A DNA stretch of 64,000 nt from Alphaproteobacteria bacterium (GCA_028821995.1 JAPKEQ010000001.1:5620-69619); one strand, 5' to 3'. Numbered from the stretch's first letter, positions 1-10,304 are shown. Numbers and translations: made by a program. Notes: generated from the letters alone by a model not told the origin.

Positions 1-399
1 ATTATCGTAATGCGGTGGTTTGCCTTGGCTGCTCTGAATCTTACGCATAAGGTCTAGCTCGTCCTTTGTTACAAAGCACTCATAAGCACGCCCATCCGCA
101 AAAAGCTTTTCTAAAGCTTCTTTGTAATCCCCGCGCTCAGCACGCTGCATTGTGTAATAAGGCCCAAAACCACCATCCTTATGAGGACCTTCATCTGGTG
201 ACATACCAAGCCAAGCCATATCATCTAGCATTTGGCTTTCAGCACCACGTACCTCACGCTCAAAATCTGTGTCTTCAAAACGAAGTACAAAAACTCCGCC
301 ATTACGCTTAGCGTAAAGCGCATTCATTAACGCTGTACGAATATTTCCAATATGTAGCTTCCCAGTTGGGCTGGGAGCAAAGCGAACACGAACCGTCAT
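1..399 (-). CDS. gltX: Glutamate--tRNA ligase, N-terminal part (runs off window edge)
   Basis: Manual translation from ATG at 399: MTVRVRFAPSPTGKLHIGNIRTAL...LRFEDTD...WLGMSPDEGP; class I HIGH-type motif. Confidence 0.95.
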   Translation of the reverse strand, partial: MTVRVRFAPSPTGKLHIGNIRTALMNALYAKRNGGVFVLRFEDTDFEREVRGAESQMLDDMAWLGMSPDEGPHKDGGFGPYYTMQRAERGDYKEALEKLFADGRAYECFVTKDELDLMRKIQSSQGKPPHYDN

Positions 400-473
400 T
401 TTACGATTTCTCTCCTAAAACTCTATTTATAAACCCAAACTATAGCATGGCTCCTGTAAAAAGCCTAGCATAC

Positions 474-508
474 AAAAAGCCCCGAAAATAGAAGTTCCGG
501 GGCTTTTT
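474..508 (-). terminator. Intrinsic terminator after secA
   Basis: AAAAAGCCCCGAAA...TTCCGGGGCTTTTT hairpin with A/T tails. Confidence 0.75.
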
Positions 509-524
509 ATTTTATTAAATATAC

Positions 525-3155
525 CTACGCAACTTCAGAGGATTCAACAGCTCCATGACAATGCTTAAATTTCTTACCACTTCCGCATGGGCATGGTGCA
601 TTGCGCGAGATATCCATATTTGAAAAATCAACATGAGTATCATTTGCGTTTTCTGCTTCTGAAGCTGGGTCTTGCGCAAGAAACTCTGCCTTATCTTCCT
701 TGCGTACATCCACGCGTGCAGTAATCATCACAGTTTCATCACGCACACGATCAAGCAAGTCGCTAAACATACCAAAGGCTTCTTTTTTAAACTCATTAAG
801 AGGATCTTTCTGACCATACCCACGCAAGTGAATCCCTTGCTTAAGATAGTCTAAGCGTTGCAAGTGATCTTTCCACTGCATATCTAATGCTTGAAGAAGA
901 ATGCCTTTTTCCATTTTACGCATAACGTCTGCGCCAAGGCGTTCATTCTTTTGATTCCAAACCTCTGCAATATGCTTTTGTGCCTCAGCATATATATCTT
1001 CTGGAGATTTACCAGCTTCTACCCACTTATCAATATCAAGCTTCACATCAAAGTAACGCAGAAGCGCATCTTTGTAAGAGTCAACATTCCACTTTTCAGC
1101 ATAGTTACCAACAAAGGCATTACTGTGAGAAAGCTGGTGTGCTTCTTCGCGATAAGCTTCAATAACATCGCTCAAATCATCATCACTTAAAATATCATTA
1201 CGGTGTTCATAAACTGTCTTACGCTGGTCGTTTAAAATATTATCAAATTTTAAAAGGCTCTTACGAATTTCAAAGTTACGACCTTCAATTTTACGCTGTG
1301 CTGTTTCAATTGCAGCACCTACAAGACGGCTCTGAATCGCTTCATCTTCTGGCATATCAAGACGCGCCATCATGCCATCTAAGTTTTTAGCAAAAATACG
1401 CATCAGGTCATCTTGAAGGGAAATATAGAATACACTTGATCCCGCATCCCCTTGACGGCCAGCACGGCCACGCAGCTGGTTATCAATACGGCGAGATTCA
1501 TTACGCTCCGTACCGATCACACGTAAACCGCCAAGCTCAACAACCTTTGCTTTTTCTTTGTCGTACTTATCAGAAATAGCTTTGCGCTCAGCTTCATCTT
1601 CAACGCCTTCAAGTAGAAGATCGAGATTACCACCAAGTTTAATATCTGTACCACGACCGGCCATGTTTGTTGCAATTGTTACAGCGCCAAGGCGGCCTGC
1701 CTGTGCAATAATTTCAGCTTCACGTTCATGATGGCGTGCATTTAAAACCTCATGTTGGATGCGTGCCTTTTTAAGGTGCTCAGAAAGCAGTTCACTCTTT
1801 TCAATAGAGCTTGTTCCCACAAGAACGGGCTGACCCTTTTCTGCGCAAGATTTAATATCTGAAATTGCGGCTTTAATTTTAGCATCCGCAGTACGGTAAA
1901 TGATATCCGTATCATCTACGCGAGAAACAGTGATGTTTGTTGGCACAACAATCACGCCCATTCCGTAGATACTTTCAAACTCTTCAGCTTCTGTTTCAGC
2001 CGTACCTGTCATACCAGAAAGCTTACCGTAAAGACGGAAATAGTTCTGGAAGGTAATAGAAGCCATTACTTGGTTTTCGCTTTGAACCTGCACGCCTTCT
2101 TTTGCCTCAAGCGCTTGGTGAAGACCTTCAGAGAGGCGACGCCCAGGCGTCATACGACCTGTAAACTCATCAATAAGAACAACACCGTCCTGATGGATAA
2201 TGTAATCCACATCACGGCGAAGCGTGGCATGTGCCTTGAGAGCCTGCGTCAGGTGATGTACAAGCATGACATGCTGCATGTCGTACAGATTGTCATCCTT
2301 TTCCATAAGGCCCTGTTCTTTAAGAATACCTTCAGCGGCATCAATACCTGAATCTGTAAGGGCTACAGCGCGGCTTTTCTCGTCAACCTCATAATGATCA
2401 CCAACCTTAAGAGCAGGCACAAGACTATTCATCACCATGTAAAGGCCAGTCTTATCATCTGTTGGCCCACTAATAATAAGGGGTGTACGCGCTTCATCTA
2501 CAAGGATACTATCCACCTCATCCACAATAGCAAAACCAAGATCACGTTGAACCTGCTGTTCTGATGTAAAGGTCATGTTATCGCGCAAGTAGTCAAAACC
2601 AAGTTCATTATTCGTCGCGTAAACAATATCACTTGCATAAGCTTCTTTACGTTTGTCTTGTGGCAGATCATTTGTAAGGGCTGACACAGAAAGTCCAAGG
2701 AAGTTGAAAACCTGAGCCATCCACTCACTATCACGCTTGGCAAGATAGTCGTTCACAGTAACAACATGAACACTCTCGCCTGTAAGTGCGTTAAGGTAAG
2801 CAGGAAATGTGGCAACAAGTGTTTTACCTTCACCTGTTTTCATTTCACTAATATTGCCGCGGTGAAGAATAATCCCTCCCATAAGCTGCACATCAAAAGC
2901 ACGAAGCCCAAGAGAACGCCATGCAGCTTCACGTACTACAGCAAAAGCTTCTGGCAGAAGGTTATCTACTGTTTCGCCAGCTTTTAGGCGCTCTTTAAAT
3001 ACAGATGTTTTTGCTTTTAGCGCATCATCGTCAAGCGCTTTCATTTCGCTCTCAAGTGCATTAATACGCTGAACTGTTGGAAGTAGGCCCTTAATGTAAC
3101 GGTCGTTACGTGTGCCGAAAATTTTTTGTAGTCCCAAAACTTTAGAAAAACTCAT
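525..3155 (-). CDS. secA: Preprotein translocase ATPase SecA
   Basis: MKTGEGKT, VDEVDSILVDEARTPLIISG, C-terminal SEC-C motif CPCGSGKKFKHCHG. Confidence 0.99.
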   Translation of the reverse strand: MSFSKVLGLQKIFGTRNDRYIKGLLPTVQRINALESEMKALDDDALKAKTSVFKERLKAGETVDNLLPEAFAVVREAAWRSLGLRAFDVQLMGGIILHRGNISEMKTGEGKTLVATFPAYLNALTGESVHVVTVNDYLAKRDSEWMAQVFNFLGLSVSALTNDLPQDKRKEAYASDIVYATNNELGFDYLRDNMTFTSEQQVQRDLGFAIVDEVDSILVDEARTPLIISGPTDDKTGLYMVMNSLVPALKVGDHYEVDEKSRAVALTDSGIDAAEGILKEQGLMEKDDNLYDMQHVMLVHHLTQALKAHATLRRDVDYIIHQDGVVLIDEFTGRMTPGRRLSEGLHQALEAKEGVQVQSENQVMASITFQNYFRLYGKLSGMTGTAETEAEEFESIYGMGVIVVPTNITVSRVDDTDIIYRTADAKIKAAISDIKSCAEKGQPVLVGTSSIEKSELLSEHLKKARIQHEVLNARHHEREAEIIAQAGRLGAVTIATNMAGRGTDIKLGGNLDLLLEGVEDEAERKAISDKYDKEKAKVVELGGLRVIGTERNESRRIDNQLRGRAGRQGDAGSSVFYISLQDDLMRIFAKNLDGMMARLDMPEDEAIQSRLVGAAIETAQRKIEGRNFEIRKSLLKFDNILNDQRKTVYEHRNDILSDDDLSDVIEAYREEAHQLSHSNAFVGNYAEKWNVDSYKDALLRYFDVKLDIDKWVEAGKSPEDIYAEAQKHIAEVWNQKNERLGADVMRKMEKGILLQALDMQWKDHLQRLDYLKQGIHLRGYGQKDPLNEFKKEAFGMFSDLLDRVRDETVMITARVDVRKEDKAEFLAQDPASEAENANDTHVDFSNMDISRNAPCPCGSGKKFKHCHGAVESSEVA

Positions 3156-3266
3156 TTTTTCCCCTGATTTCTCCCCTTAAAGAGAGTTTCTTATTTTTTA
3201 TGCGTTGAATGTTTTAACACGGCATGAGGCTGCCGTCAGGCCATTTTTAGAAAAAGGTGTAAAGAA

Positions 3267-4226
3267 TTAATTACGCAGGTTCTCTGCAGAGGCAATCTTA
3301 GAAGATGCCTTCATCGCTTTTAGGTTTGCCGCATAACGGCGCATACGTGTTTTATCTGCCTTAATAAAGGCATAAGGGTTCACTTTCACTCCGCCCACAA
3401 GCACTTCAAAGTGCAGGTGCGGCCCAGTTGAACGGCCAGTACTCCCCATAAGGGCAATTGTATCACCAGCTTTAACTTTTTGCCCGTTCTTCGCGAGCGC
3501 TTTATTCAGGTGGCCATAACGGGTCACAAAACCGCCCGGATGCATGACTTCTACCATTTGACCATACGCAAAGCGGTAACCAGAAAAAGTCACAATACCG
3601 TCTCCACTTGAAACAATCGGCACGTTCCAGCCGCCACCAATATCAACGCCAGAATGCCATTTTTTCTTTTTGTTAAATGGATCCGTACGGTAACCGTAAG
3701 CAGACGTCAAACGTGTACGGTCACTAATAACAGGCCATACATTGGGTTTTGATGAACGGTTTAGGTATGACTTGCTCACAAGTTCAAGCGCATCTTCCAT
3801 TACACCGTCTAGATCTTCTGTCTGGTGTTTAAGCTGAGCAAACTGCTCTGTTAGCTCATCTAAAGAAACTTTTTTATCAAGGGCTGGCTTTTCAGAGCTC
3901 CCCTGTCCTTCAATTTCATGAACATGGTCTTCAAGCATATCGCCAATTTCGTCATCATTGAAGAGCTTCTCTCCAATCATATCAAAACGATCGATCTTAG
4001 ACTGCATCACGCCAATTTCTTCGGCAAAAACTTTAATTTGCTCATCAGCCATTGCGTTTTCACGCTTAATGCGAGCAAGCTCTTCCTTAAGGGTTTCAGG
4101 GTTTGCAGAAACCATTGGCAAGCTAAAACCATGCCCATCTTCTCTAACAAGGCCAAAAACAACAAGAGCCCCACCAAAAACAAGAGCGCAGAAGCAATAA
4201 AAACTTCTGAGGGTAAGGGCGCGCAT
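3267..4226 (-). CDS. M23 family metallopeptidase with N-terminal anchor and coiled coil
   Basis: HSGVD, YGHL, GRSTGPHLHFEV motifs. Confidence 0.93.
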   Translation of the reverse strand: MRALTLRSFYCFCALVFGGALVVFGLVREDGHGFSLPMVSANPETLKEELARIKRENAMADEQIKVFAEEIGVMQSKIDRFDMIGEKLFNDDEIGDMLEDHVHEIEGQGSSEKPALDKKVSLDELTEQFAQLKHQTEDLDGVMEDALELVSKSYLNRSSKPNVWPVISDRTRLTSAYGYRTDPFNKKKKWHSGVDIGGGWNVPIVSSGDGIVTFSGYRFAYGQMVEVMHPGGFVTRYGHLNKALAKNGQKVKAGDTIALMGSTGRSTGPHLHFEVLVGGVKVNPYAFIKADKTRMRRYAANLKAMKASSKIASAENLRN

Positions 4227-4509
4227 AGACGAAGTTTCCCCAAGTGCAATATTGAGGTAAAGCCTATGATTCCAAATGCTTTTTAGTTTATTAATGGTCT
4301 AATCCAACTTTTAAATAAACAAGTATATCTCTATGTATTAGGTACACCTTTTACCATAGAAACTATGCACAGTATATGCCTAATTAAACCGACTCTCCAA
4401 ACTTTATGATCTTTTTTGGCTTATAATTCGGATTTCGCCCTTGCGTTTTTGTCACAATAAAGGCAACCTTGTGAGCAATTAAATAATAATAAAGACAGGT
4501 GCATTTCCT

Positions 4510-5304
4510 ATGACTTTAAAATCAGCATTATTTGCGACAACAATTCTAGCACTTTCATTGAGTGCATGTGGCGGCGAATCAGGCACGGTAGTTGCGCGTG
4601 TCAACCATGATAAAATTACACAAGAGCAAGTTGAAGCACAGCTTAAAGACATTCCTGCTGAGCTCATTGAGCAGCAAGGCGTAGAACTTAAAGAGCGTAT
4701 TCTTAACAACCTTGTTGAGCAGTCTTTGCTTGTTCAAGCTGCTAAAAAAGAAGGCATTGAGTCTGACAAATCTTTCAAAGAGCAAATGGACTCTATACGC
4801 ACACAGCTTCTTACACGCATGGTTCTACAGAAAAAAGTTGACCAAGCAGCTAACGATGACGCACTTATGGGTCTTTACGAACTTGAAAAAGAAAAGTACG
4901 CACAGCCTCAGCTTAAAGCGCGTCACATTCTTGTAAAAACAGAAGATAAAGCTAAAACACTTATCAGCAAGCTTGCTGGCGGTGCTGACTTCGCAAAACT
5001 TGCAAAAGAAAACTCAACAGGTCCAACTAAAGACCGTGGCGGCGACCTTGGCTGGTTCCGTCCAGCAGATATGGTTCCTGAGTTCTCGAACGCTGTAAAA
5101 GAACTGCGTAAAGGCGAGTATGCTAAAACACCTATCCAAACACAGTTTGGCTGGCATGTTGTTAAGCTAGAAGATACTAAAGCACCTGAAGCACCTACCT
5201 TTGAAGAGCTTAAGCCAATCCTTAAGCAACGTATTACGCAAGTAACAATCGAAGGCTACATGCAAGAGCTTAAAAACAAAGCGGATATCACGCTTGTTGA
5301 GTAA
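4510..5304 (+). CDS. Parvulin-type peptidyl-prolyl isomerase lipoprotein (PrsA/PpiC family)
   Basis: Lipobox LSAC; ARHILV, GGDLGWF, TQFGWHVVK motifs. Confidence 0.93.
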   Translation: MTLKSALFATTILALSLSACGGESGTVVARVNHDKITQEQVEAQLKDIPAELIEQQGVELKERILNNLVEQSLLVQAAKKEGIESDKSFKEQMDSIRTQLLTRMVLQKKVDQAANDDALMGLYELEKEKYAQPQLKARHILVKTEDKAKTLISKLAGGADFAKLAKENSTGPTKDRGGDLGWFRPADMVPEFSNAVKELRKGEYAKTPIQTQFGWHVVKLEDTKAPEAPTFEELKPILKQRITQVTIEGYMQELKNKADITLVE

Positions 5305-6067
5305 GTTCAAAAAAATACCAAAACAAGCCGTACACCTTTGTGCGGCTTGCTTGCTTTTAGGTTGCACGCAAGTGCAAGAAGCGCCTGTAGAGAAGCCTGT
5401 AGAACAAGAAAATGCCAAACACTCTTACCTGTTTTCTGTTCAGCCACAATCTCCTCATGCAGAATTTAGCACAGCTCTTCAAAATGAGCTTAAAGCTGAC
5501 CCTCTGTTTCTTGGTACTCATGCAAGGGATGCTGGCCAACTTATCATTTCTGCAATACCTCAAATTCAAATTGACCCACTCAACAGGTCAAGAACACCAT
5601 CCTTTGGCAAGCTTGCCGCCCAAACTGTTGCACTTGAAATTCAAGTTCCTTATACATTGAGTACTTATAACGACCAAGTTTTGCACTCAGGAGAAATTCG
5701 TTACATCACAGAACCACTTCCTGTCATATCCCCAACAGTCACCATTCGCCCAGATATTCCAAAAGAAACATGGGAAGATATAAGCTCCATGCTTTTAACA
5801 GATGTTTCACCAGCCCTTGGGAATATCCCGTGGAATGCCCAAGTGATAGGCATTATTGATAGCGATCATGCCATTCTTAATATTGGCAAGGAAAGCAGAC
5901 TGCCTGCTCGCACCATCATGAAAAGCAGCGACATAACTGCCACCTTTGCAGAAATCGTGATTTATGAAAAAAATGATAGAGGTACAAGCAGAGCAGTCCT
6001 TAAACATATCAGCGGACCACCTTTTGCATCAAACATGTCATTTACACCTGTAGTTCCTTCTCAATAA
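5294..6067 (+). CDS. Hypothetical lipoprotein
   Basis: 257-aa ORF with lipobox-like LLGC, overlapping both neighbours. Confidence 0.7.
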   Translation: MLSKFKKIPKQAVHLCAACLLLGCTQVQEAPVEKPVEQENAKHSYLFSVQPQSPHAEFSTALQNELKADPLFLGTHARDAGQLIISAIPQIQIDPLNRSRTPSFGKLAAQTVALEIQVPYTLSTYNDQVLHSGEIRYITEPLPVISPTVTIRPDIPKETWEDISSMLLTDVSPALGNIPWNAQVIGIIDSDHAILNIGKESRLPARTIMKSSDITATFAEIVIYEKNDRGTSRAVLKHISGPPFASNMSFTPVVPSQ

Positions 6068-6822
6068 TGGAAGCATTTTTCCAATTTTCAGCGTTTGAAC
6101 TTGGACTCATGGGGCTCTGCAGTTTTTTAGGATCCTTTATGTCAGCAAGTTTTGGCTTTGGTGGAGGGCTGTTTCTCATGCTAGTTTTCCCATACTTTAT
6201 GCCCATCACGCTTGCCGTACCTCTGCACGCTTTTGTACAGCTGGCCTCTAATACTGGACGCTGTTACCTGCTTCGCTCACACATTAAATTCAAACCTGCC
6301 ATTCTGTTTGGCATAGGCTCACTCATAGGGGCACTCATCCCCGCAGCCTTTATTATGGAAATGCCAGAAAGGCTACTCTCCATGATTTTGGTTGTTTTTA
6401 TTATGATTATTCTGTGGTTGCCACTTCCGCCAGTTTCAGAGAAACTCGGCCATAAACTATTGCCAGGTGCCGGCTTTGCTAGTGGTTTTAGCGGTATGTT
6501 TATTGGGGCAAGCGGTTTCTTCATCAATGTTATTCTAAGGACATTCCATTGGGATAGACGCGACTACACCGCAACGGCTGCCTTTGGCATGATGATGAAC
6601 CATATGACTAAAATCATTGCTTTTATGGTTGCTGGCGTTGTACTCACACCGTACATCCCATTCATGCTCCTTATGAGCTTTATTGGCTTTGCAGGCACCT
6701 GGTGCGGCCGCCACCTTGTGCTCGAAAAACTCTCTAATGAGCGTTTTTATAGCCTTATGAAAGTTCTCCTCAGTATCCTTGCTCTCCGCCTTGCACTTAA
6801 GGCCTTTGGTGTGTGGGTTTAA
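6067..6822 (+). CDS. TauE/SafE (TSUP) family exporter
   Basis: Multi-TM protein with GFGGGL and SGMFIGASG repeats. Confidence 0.85.
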   Translation: MEAFFQFSAFELGLMGLCSFLGSFMSASFGFGGGLFLMLVFPYFMPITLAVPLHAFVQLASNTGRCYLLRSHIKFKPAILFGIGSLIGALIPAAFIMEMPERLLSMILVVFIMIILWLPLPPVSEKLGHKLLPGAGFASGFSGMFIGASGFFINVILRTFHWDRRDYTATAAFGMMMNHMTKIIAFMVAGVVLTPYIPFMLLMSFIGFAGTWCGRHLVLEKLSNERFYSLMKVLLSILALRLALKAFGVWV

Positions 6823-6860
6823 ATTTTGTGCGCTTGCGTATTTTCCTATAAGCTTCTGGC

Positions 6861-7511
6861 ATGATGTATTTCGCTCTCATTTTTACGCTTCTTTTTAGTT
6901 CGCTATCATGGGCTGAAAGCTGCATGAAGGAAGAGCAGTTAAAAAAACGCATGGTACTCATTGAAAAATTCAACCGCGGTAAAGGCAGTGGTGTGCTCTA
7001 TGGCGGCACAACAGTGCTCACAAACAGACACGTGATTGAAGATGTAGACATGCCATGGGTCTGGGTGCCAAAACTTCAAAAATCTATTCGCGCAGATGTT
7101 CTCTACCAAGCGCCAGGTAAAGAGGCGGATTTTGCAATTTTAAAACTGAGAGAACGCGTACCAAACACAAGAATTTTACCACTTTCCAAAGCGCCACAAA
7201 AAGGTGAAACACTCAATACACTTGGCTTTCCATTTGGAAAAAAATATAAATTAAGCGCCGTGACAGGCACATTTAAAGAGCGCATCAAAATTAAAGGCAT
7301 GACGCACCCTGATGCTATGCTCACAGTTTTAAGCCATGACCAAACCCATAGCGGCGATAGTGGCGGCGGCATATTTAACTGCGCCGGAGAGCTAGCTGGC
7401 ATCCATTTTGGAAACCAAGCACATATTGGAAAACCAAAAAATAGCTTTGGCGTACATGTGAGTGCTATAAAGCGTATTCTTAAGATGCACAACATCCCAA
7501 CAAGCCAATAA
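6861..7511 (+). CDS. Secreted trypsin-like serine protease
   Basis: Signal peptide; LTNRHV, DFAILKL, GDSGG catalytic triad motifs. Confidence 0.88.
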   Translation: MMYFALIFTLLFSSLSWAESCMKEEQLKKRMVLIEKFNRGKGSGVLYGGTTVLTNRHVIEDVDMPWVWVPKLQKSIRADVLYQAPGKEADFAILKLRERVPNTRILPLSKAPQKGETLNTLGFPFGKKYKLSAVTGTFKERIKIKGMTHPDAMLTVLSHDQTHSGDSGGGIFNCAGELAGIHFGNQAHIGKPKNSFGVHVSAIKRILKMHNIPTSQ

Positions 7512-7515
7512 CACT

Positions 7516-7591
7516 TTGACTTTTTAAGTACATCCTCATATTTTAAATGAGAATTCAATCTTTCCTGTTCACGTTTTAAGGAGACCTTTCT
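7516..7591 (+). promoter_or_regulatory. sigma70-like promoter plus conserved leader of accessory unit
   Basis: TTGACT-17-TATTTT; AATCTTTCCTGTTCACGTTTTAAGGAG before ATG 7592. Confidence 0.65.
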
Positions 7592-8152
7592 ATGGTTCCA
7601 ACCCTCCCCTCTTTCTGGATGAACAATGATCCGCAGCTTTCAGCGCTCACAATTATTGGGCAGGCCCTTCATACTGAAACAGGCGAAGCTCTTTTTGTAG
7701 CCCAGCTTTTAAGTAAGGCTCATAAAGTGATTTTGATCACACAAAAAGAGCTGCAAGCAGATGGCTATCATCAAATTGAAAGCACCAGAAAAAATCCCAA
7801 TACGTTTGCTATGCAAAACTTACCATCAAACTCTGGTGTCTACCGTCACTTTAAGGGGCATGATAAGCTTTATGAAGTCTACGGTACGGCCTACCTCTAT
7901 CAAGATAGAATGACAAGAACCCGACCGCTTGTTCTCTACAGCCCTATGTACGGAGACCACAAGGGGTTGCTCACAGCTCGCCCCTATTTAACAAGCCGGG
8001 GCTCATTTATTGATACAAAAGGTTATGGTTTTTTTGATTGGGTTTTTTATAGTGAAAATGAACAAGGGTACACCGGACCACGCTTCAAGTATGTAGGCCC
8101 GATGGAAAGCAGCATGCATCCATTACTGTACAAACCCTTTAAAACTGACTAA
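7592..8152 (+). CDS. DUF1653-like domain protein
   Basis: GVYRHFKG..LYEV...LVLYSPMYG...ARP pattern; strong SD. Confidence 0.65.
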   Translation: MVPTLPSFWMNNDPQLSALTIIGQALHTETGEALFVAQLLSKAHKVILITQKELQADGYHQIESTRKNPNTFAMQNLPSNSGVYRHFKGHDKLYEVYGTAYLYQDRMTRTRPLVLYSPMYGDHKGLLTARPYLTSRGSFIDTKGYGFFDWVFYSENEQGYTGPRFKYVGPMESSMHPLLYKPFKTD

Positions 8153-8160
8153 TCGACACA

Positions 8161-8190
8161 AAAAATCCCCCGCGCTGCGGGGGGTTTTGT
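8161..8190 (+). terminator. Intrinsic terminator
   Basis: CCCCCGC-GCT-GCGGGGG hairpin plus T tract. Confidence 0.8.
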
Positions 8191-8334
8191 TTTTGATTTT
8201 ACAAAAAAACAGCCCCCACATGAGAGCTGTTTTAAAGTAAGCGTTATTTGAGATGAGTGTTTTATTTTTAAGTTTGCGCAGAGTACTGAAACGTACTTAA
8301 GCAAAGAGAAAATAAAACAATCGCTCAAAGAGCC

Positions 8335-8604
8335 TTATTTACGTAGGCCTAGAGCTTTAATCACACCAACATAACGCGTTTCGTCTTTTTTACGTAGGTA
8401 CGCAAGAAGAGTACGACGCTGGTTAACAAGACGGATAAGACCACGACGTGAGTGGTTATCTTGCTTGTTTGTTTTGAAGTGCTCTGTAAGGTTACGGATA
8501 CGATCCGTTAGAATTGCAACTTGAACTTCAGTTTTACCGCTGTTCGCTTCGCTTCCACCAAACTGTTTTACAAGTTCAGCTGTTCTTTCTGTAGTAATAG
8601 ACAT
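8335..8604 (-). CDS. rpsO: 30S ribosomal protein S15
   Basis: 89 aa; [22 protein letters not shown]. Confidence 0.99.
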   Translation of the reverse strand: MSITTERTAELVKQFGGSEANSGKTEVQVAILTDRIRNLTEHFKTNKQDNHSRRGLIRLVNQRRTLLAYLRKKDETRYVGVIKALGLRK

Positions 8605-8630
8605 GCTATTTTTCCTATCATTACAGTATC

Positions 8631-9548
8631 TTATAGATTAAAGTTGCGGATGACTTTCACAAGCCCGTCTTCCTTCACTTCTACAAGCGAGGACACAGGT
8701 CCGTTTAGAGCCTTTACACGCATAACACCTGGTTTGAGGTGAATACGCATAAATGTTCCGCCTGCCTTGAGGCGTAATGCCTCCTCTGGAGAGGCGCGAT
8801 ACACCGGGATACCGTCCAGTGTTGCGTCTACAGCCAAAAGCAGATGGCGCGGATAATGGCCTCCATCAGCTTCTTTGTCAAGCATTTCTTGGGTTAAGGC
8901 CTTATCTAGCCCTACATCGCCCACAAGCGTTCTTCTTAAATAGGTCACATGACCATAGCATTCAAGGGCGCGGCCCATGTCTCTTGCAAGAGAACGCACA
9001 TACGTTCCCTTACTTACAGACACAGAAAAACGGGTTTTTTCTGGGCTATGCTCGAGCACATCCAAAGAATAGACATGTACATCGCGGGCTTTAAGCTCAA
9101 GTCCGCCGCCTTTGCGCGCTTCCTTGTAAGCCACTTTGCCATCAATTTTAATGGCGCTAAACTGCGGCGGCACCTGTTGAATGTCGCCAACAAATTGCGG
9201 CAGAATATCCATAATGTCTTGCTGGCTTGGCCTCTTATCAGATGTTTTTGTGGCTTCGCCTTCAAGGTCATCCGTAGAGGTCTCGTTCCCCCACGCCACA
9301 TCAAACTCGTAAGATTTATCTTCTACAATCATGTAAGGCATGGTCTTTGTCGCCTCCCCCAGTGCAATGGGAAGAACACCTGTCGCTAGCGGGTCGAGCG
9401 TACCGCCATGGCCTGCTTTTTTTGCGTTCATAATACGCTTAATATAGCCAACAGCTTGGGTCGATGTCATGCCGAGCGGCTTATCTAAAAAGATCCACCC
9501 GTGCACTTCATCGCGCGGTTTTCTATTTTTAGAGTTAGGATCTACCAT
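8631..9548 (-). CDS. truB: tRNA pseudouridine(55) synthase
   Basis: [32 protein letters not shown]. Confidence 0.98.
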   Translation of the reverse strand: MVDPNSKNRKPRDEVHGWIFLDKPLGMTSTQAVGYIKRIMNAKKAGHGGTLDPLATGVLPIALGEATKTMPYMIVEDKSYEFDVAWGNETSTDDLEGEATKTSDKRPSQQDIMDILPQFVGDIQQVPPQFSAIKIDGKVAYKEARKGGGLELKARDVHVYSLDVLEHSPEKTRFSVSVSKGTYVRSLARDMGRALECYGHVTYLRRTLVGDVGLDKALTQEMLDKEADGGHYPRHLLLAVDATLDGIPVYRASPEEALRLKAGGTFMRIHLKPGVMRVKALNGPVSSLVEVKEDGLVKVIRNFNL

Positions 9549-9584
9549 GAACAGCCTTACATTTTAAAGTGTAAAAAAGCGTCA

Positions 9585-10304
9585 TTACGCAGCACTTTCT
9601 TCAGTTTGATTTTCTATTTTCTTCAGTTCCTCTGGAGCAGACAAAGCTTCTGCTTCTTTTTCCGCCCCACCAAAAACGAGTTCATAGAGTCTTGTAACCT
9701 TTTTCACAAGAGGCCCAACATTTGGTGCACACTCTTTAACTATAGAGTTAACATCCTTAACACGACCAAATAAAACATCCAGTGTTGTTTTATCTCTGTC
9801 CACTTCAGACTGAAGCGCATTCATTTTCCTAAAAATCATATCTTTTTTATTAGCATCTACGACTTCTTGGTTCACTATTCCTCGTATCGTATTCAACAAG
9901 TCAGCAATATCTTGTTTATAGCTACTAGCAATAGAGAGATATACAGGTAAAACTTCAGGATTTTTTCCCATGGTCTGGACTGCTAGGTGAATTAAAACAT
10001 ATTCAAGGTCTGCTCTAAATTCATCGAATAAAAAAGAAAAAGATTTCTCATTCTTAGAGGTAAATACATCAGGTAAATCAATATCTAATTTATTAGCACT
10101 AATAAAACCCTGAAGCCCTTTGGCATACATTCTTTCTGGAAGATAATTTCCTAGATACTCACCATAATTTCCGACATTTCCGCTTTGGCTTCTATCAATT
10201 TCAGACTCCTTTGTCAGAGCTTGCCTTAAACGCTTTTCAAAAACAACAAAAGCTGCCTTTGGATTCGCAGGTAAAGAACTCCAATCAATATTATCATTAA
10301 GCAT
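9585..10304 (-). CDS. Hypothetical protein, AT-rich
   Basis: 239-aa ORF with GGAGGGG SD; no motif recognised. Confidence 0.75.
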   Translation of the reverse strand: MLNDNIDWSSLPANPKAAFVVFEKRLRQALTKESEIDRSQSGNVGNYGEYLGNYLPERMYAKGLQGFISANKLDIDLPDVFTSKNEKSFSFLFDEFRADLEYVLIHLAVQTMGKNPEVLPVYLSIASSYKQDIADLLNTIRGIVNQEVVDANKKDMIFRKMNALQSEVDRDKTTLDVLFGRVKDVNSIVKECAPNVGPLVKKVTRLYELVFGGAEKEAEALSAPEELKKIENQTEESAA

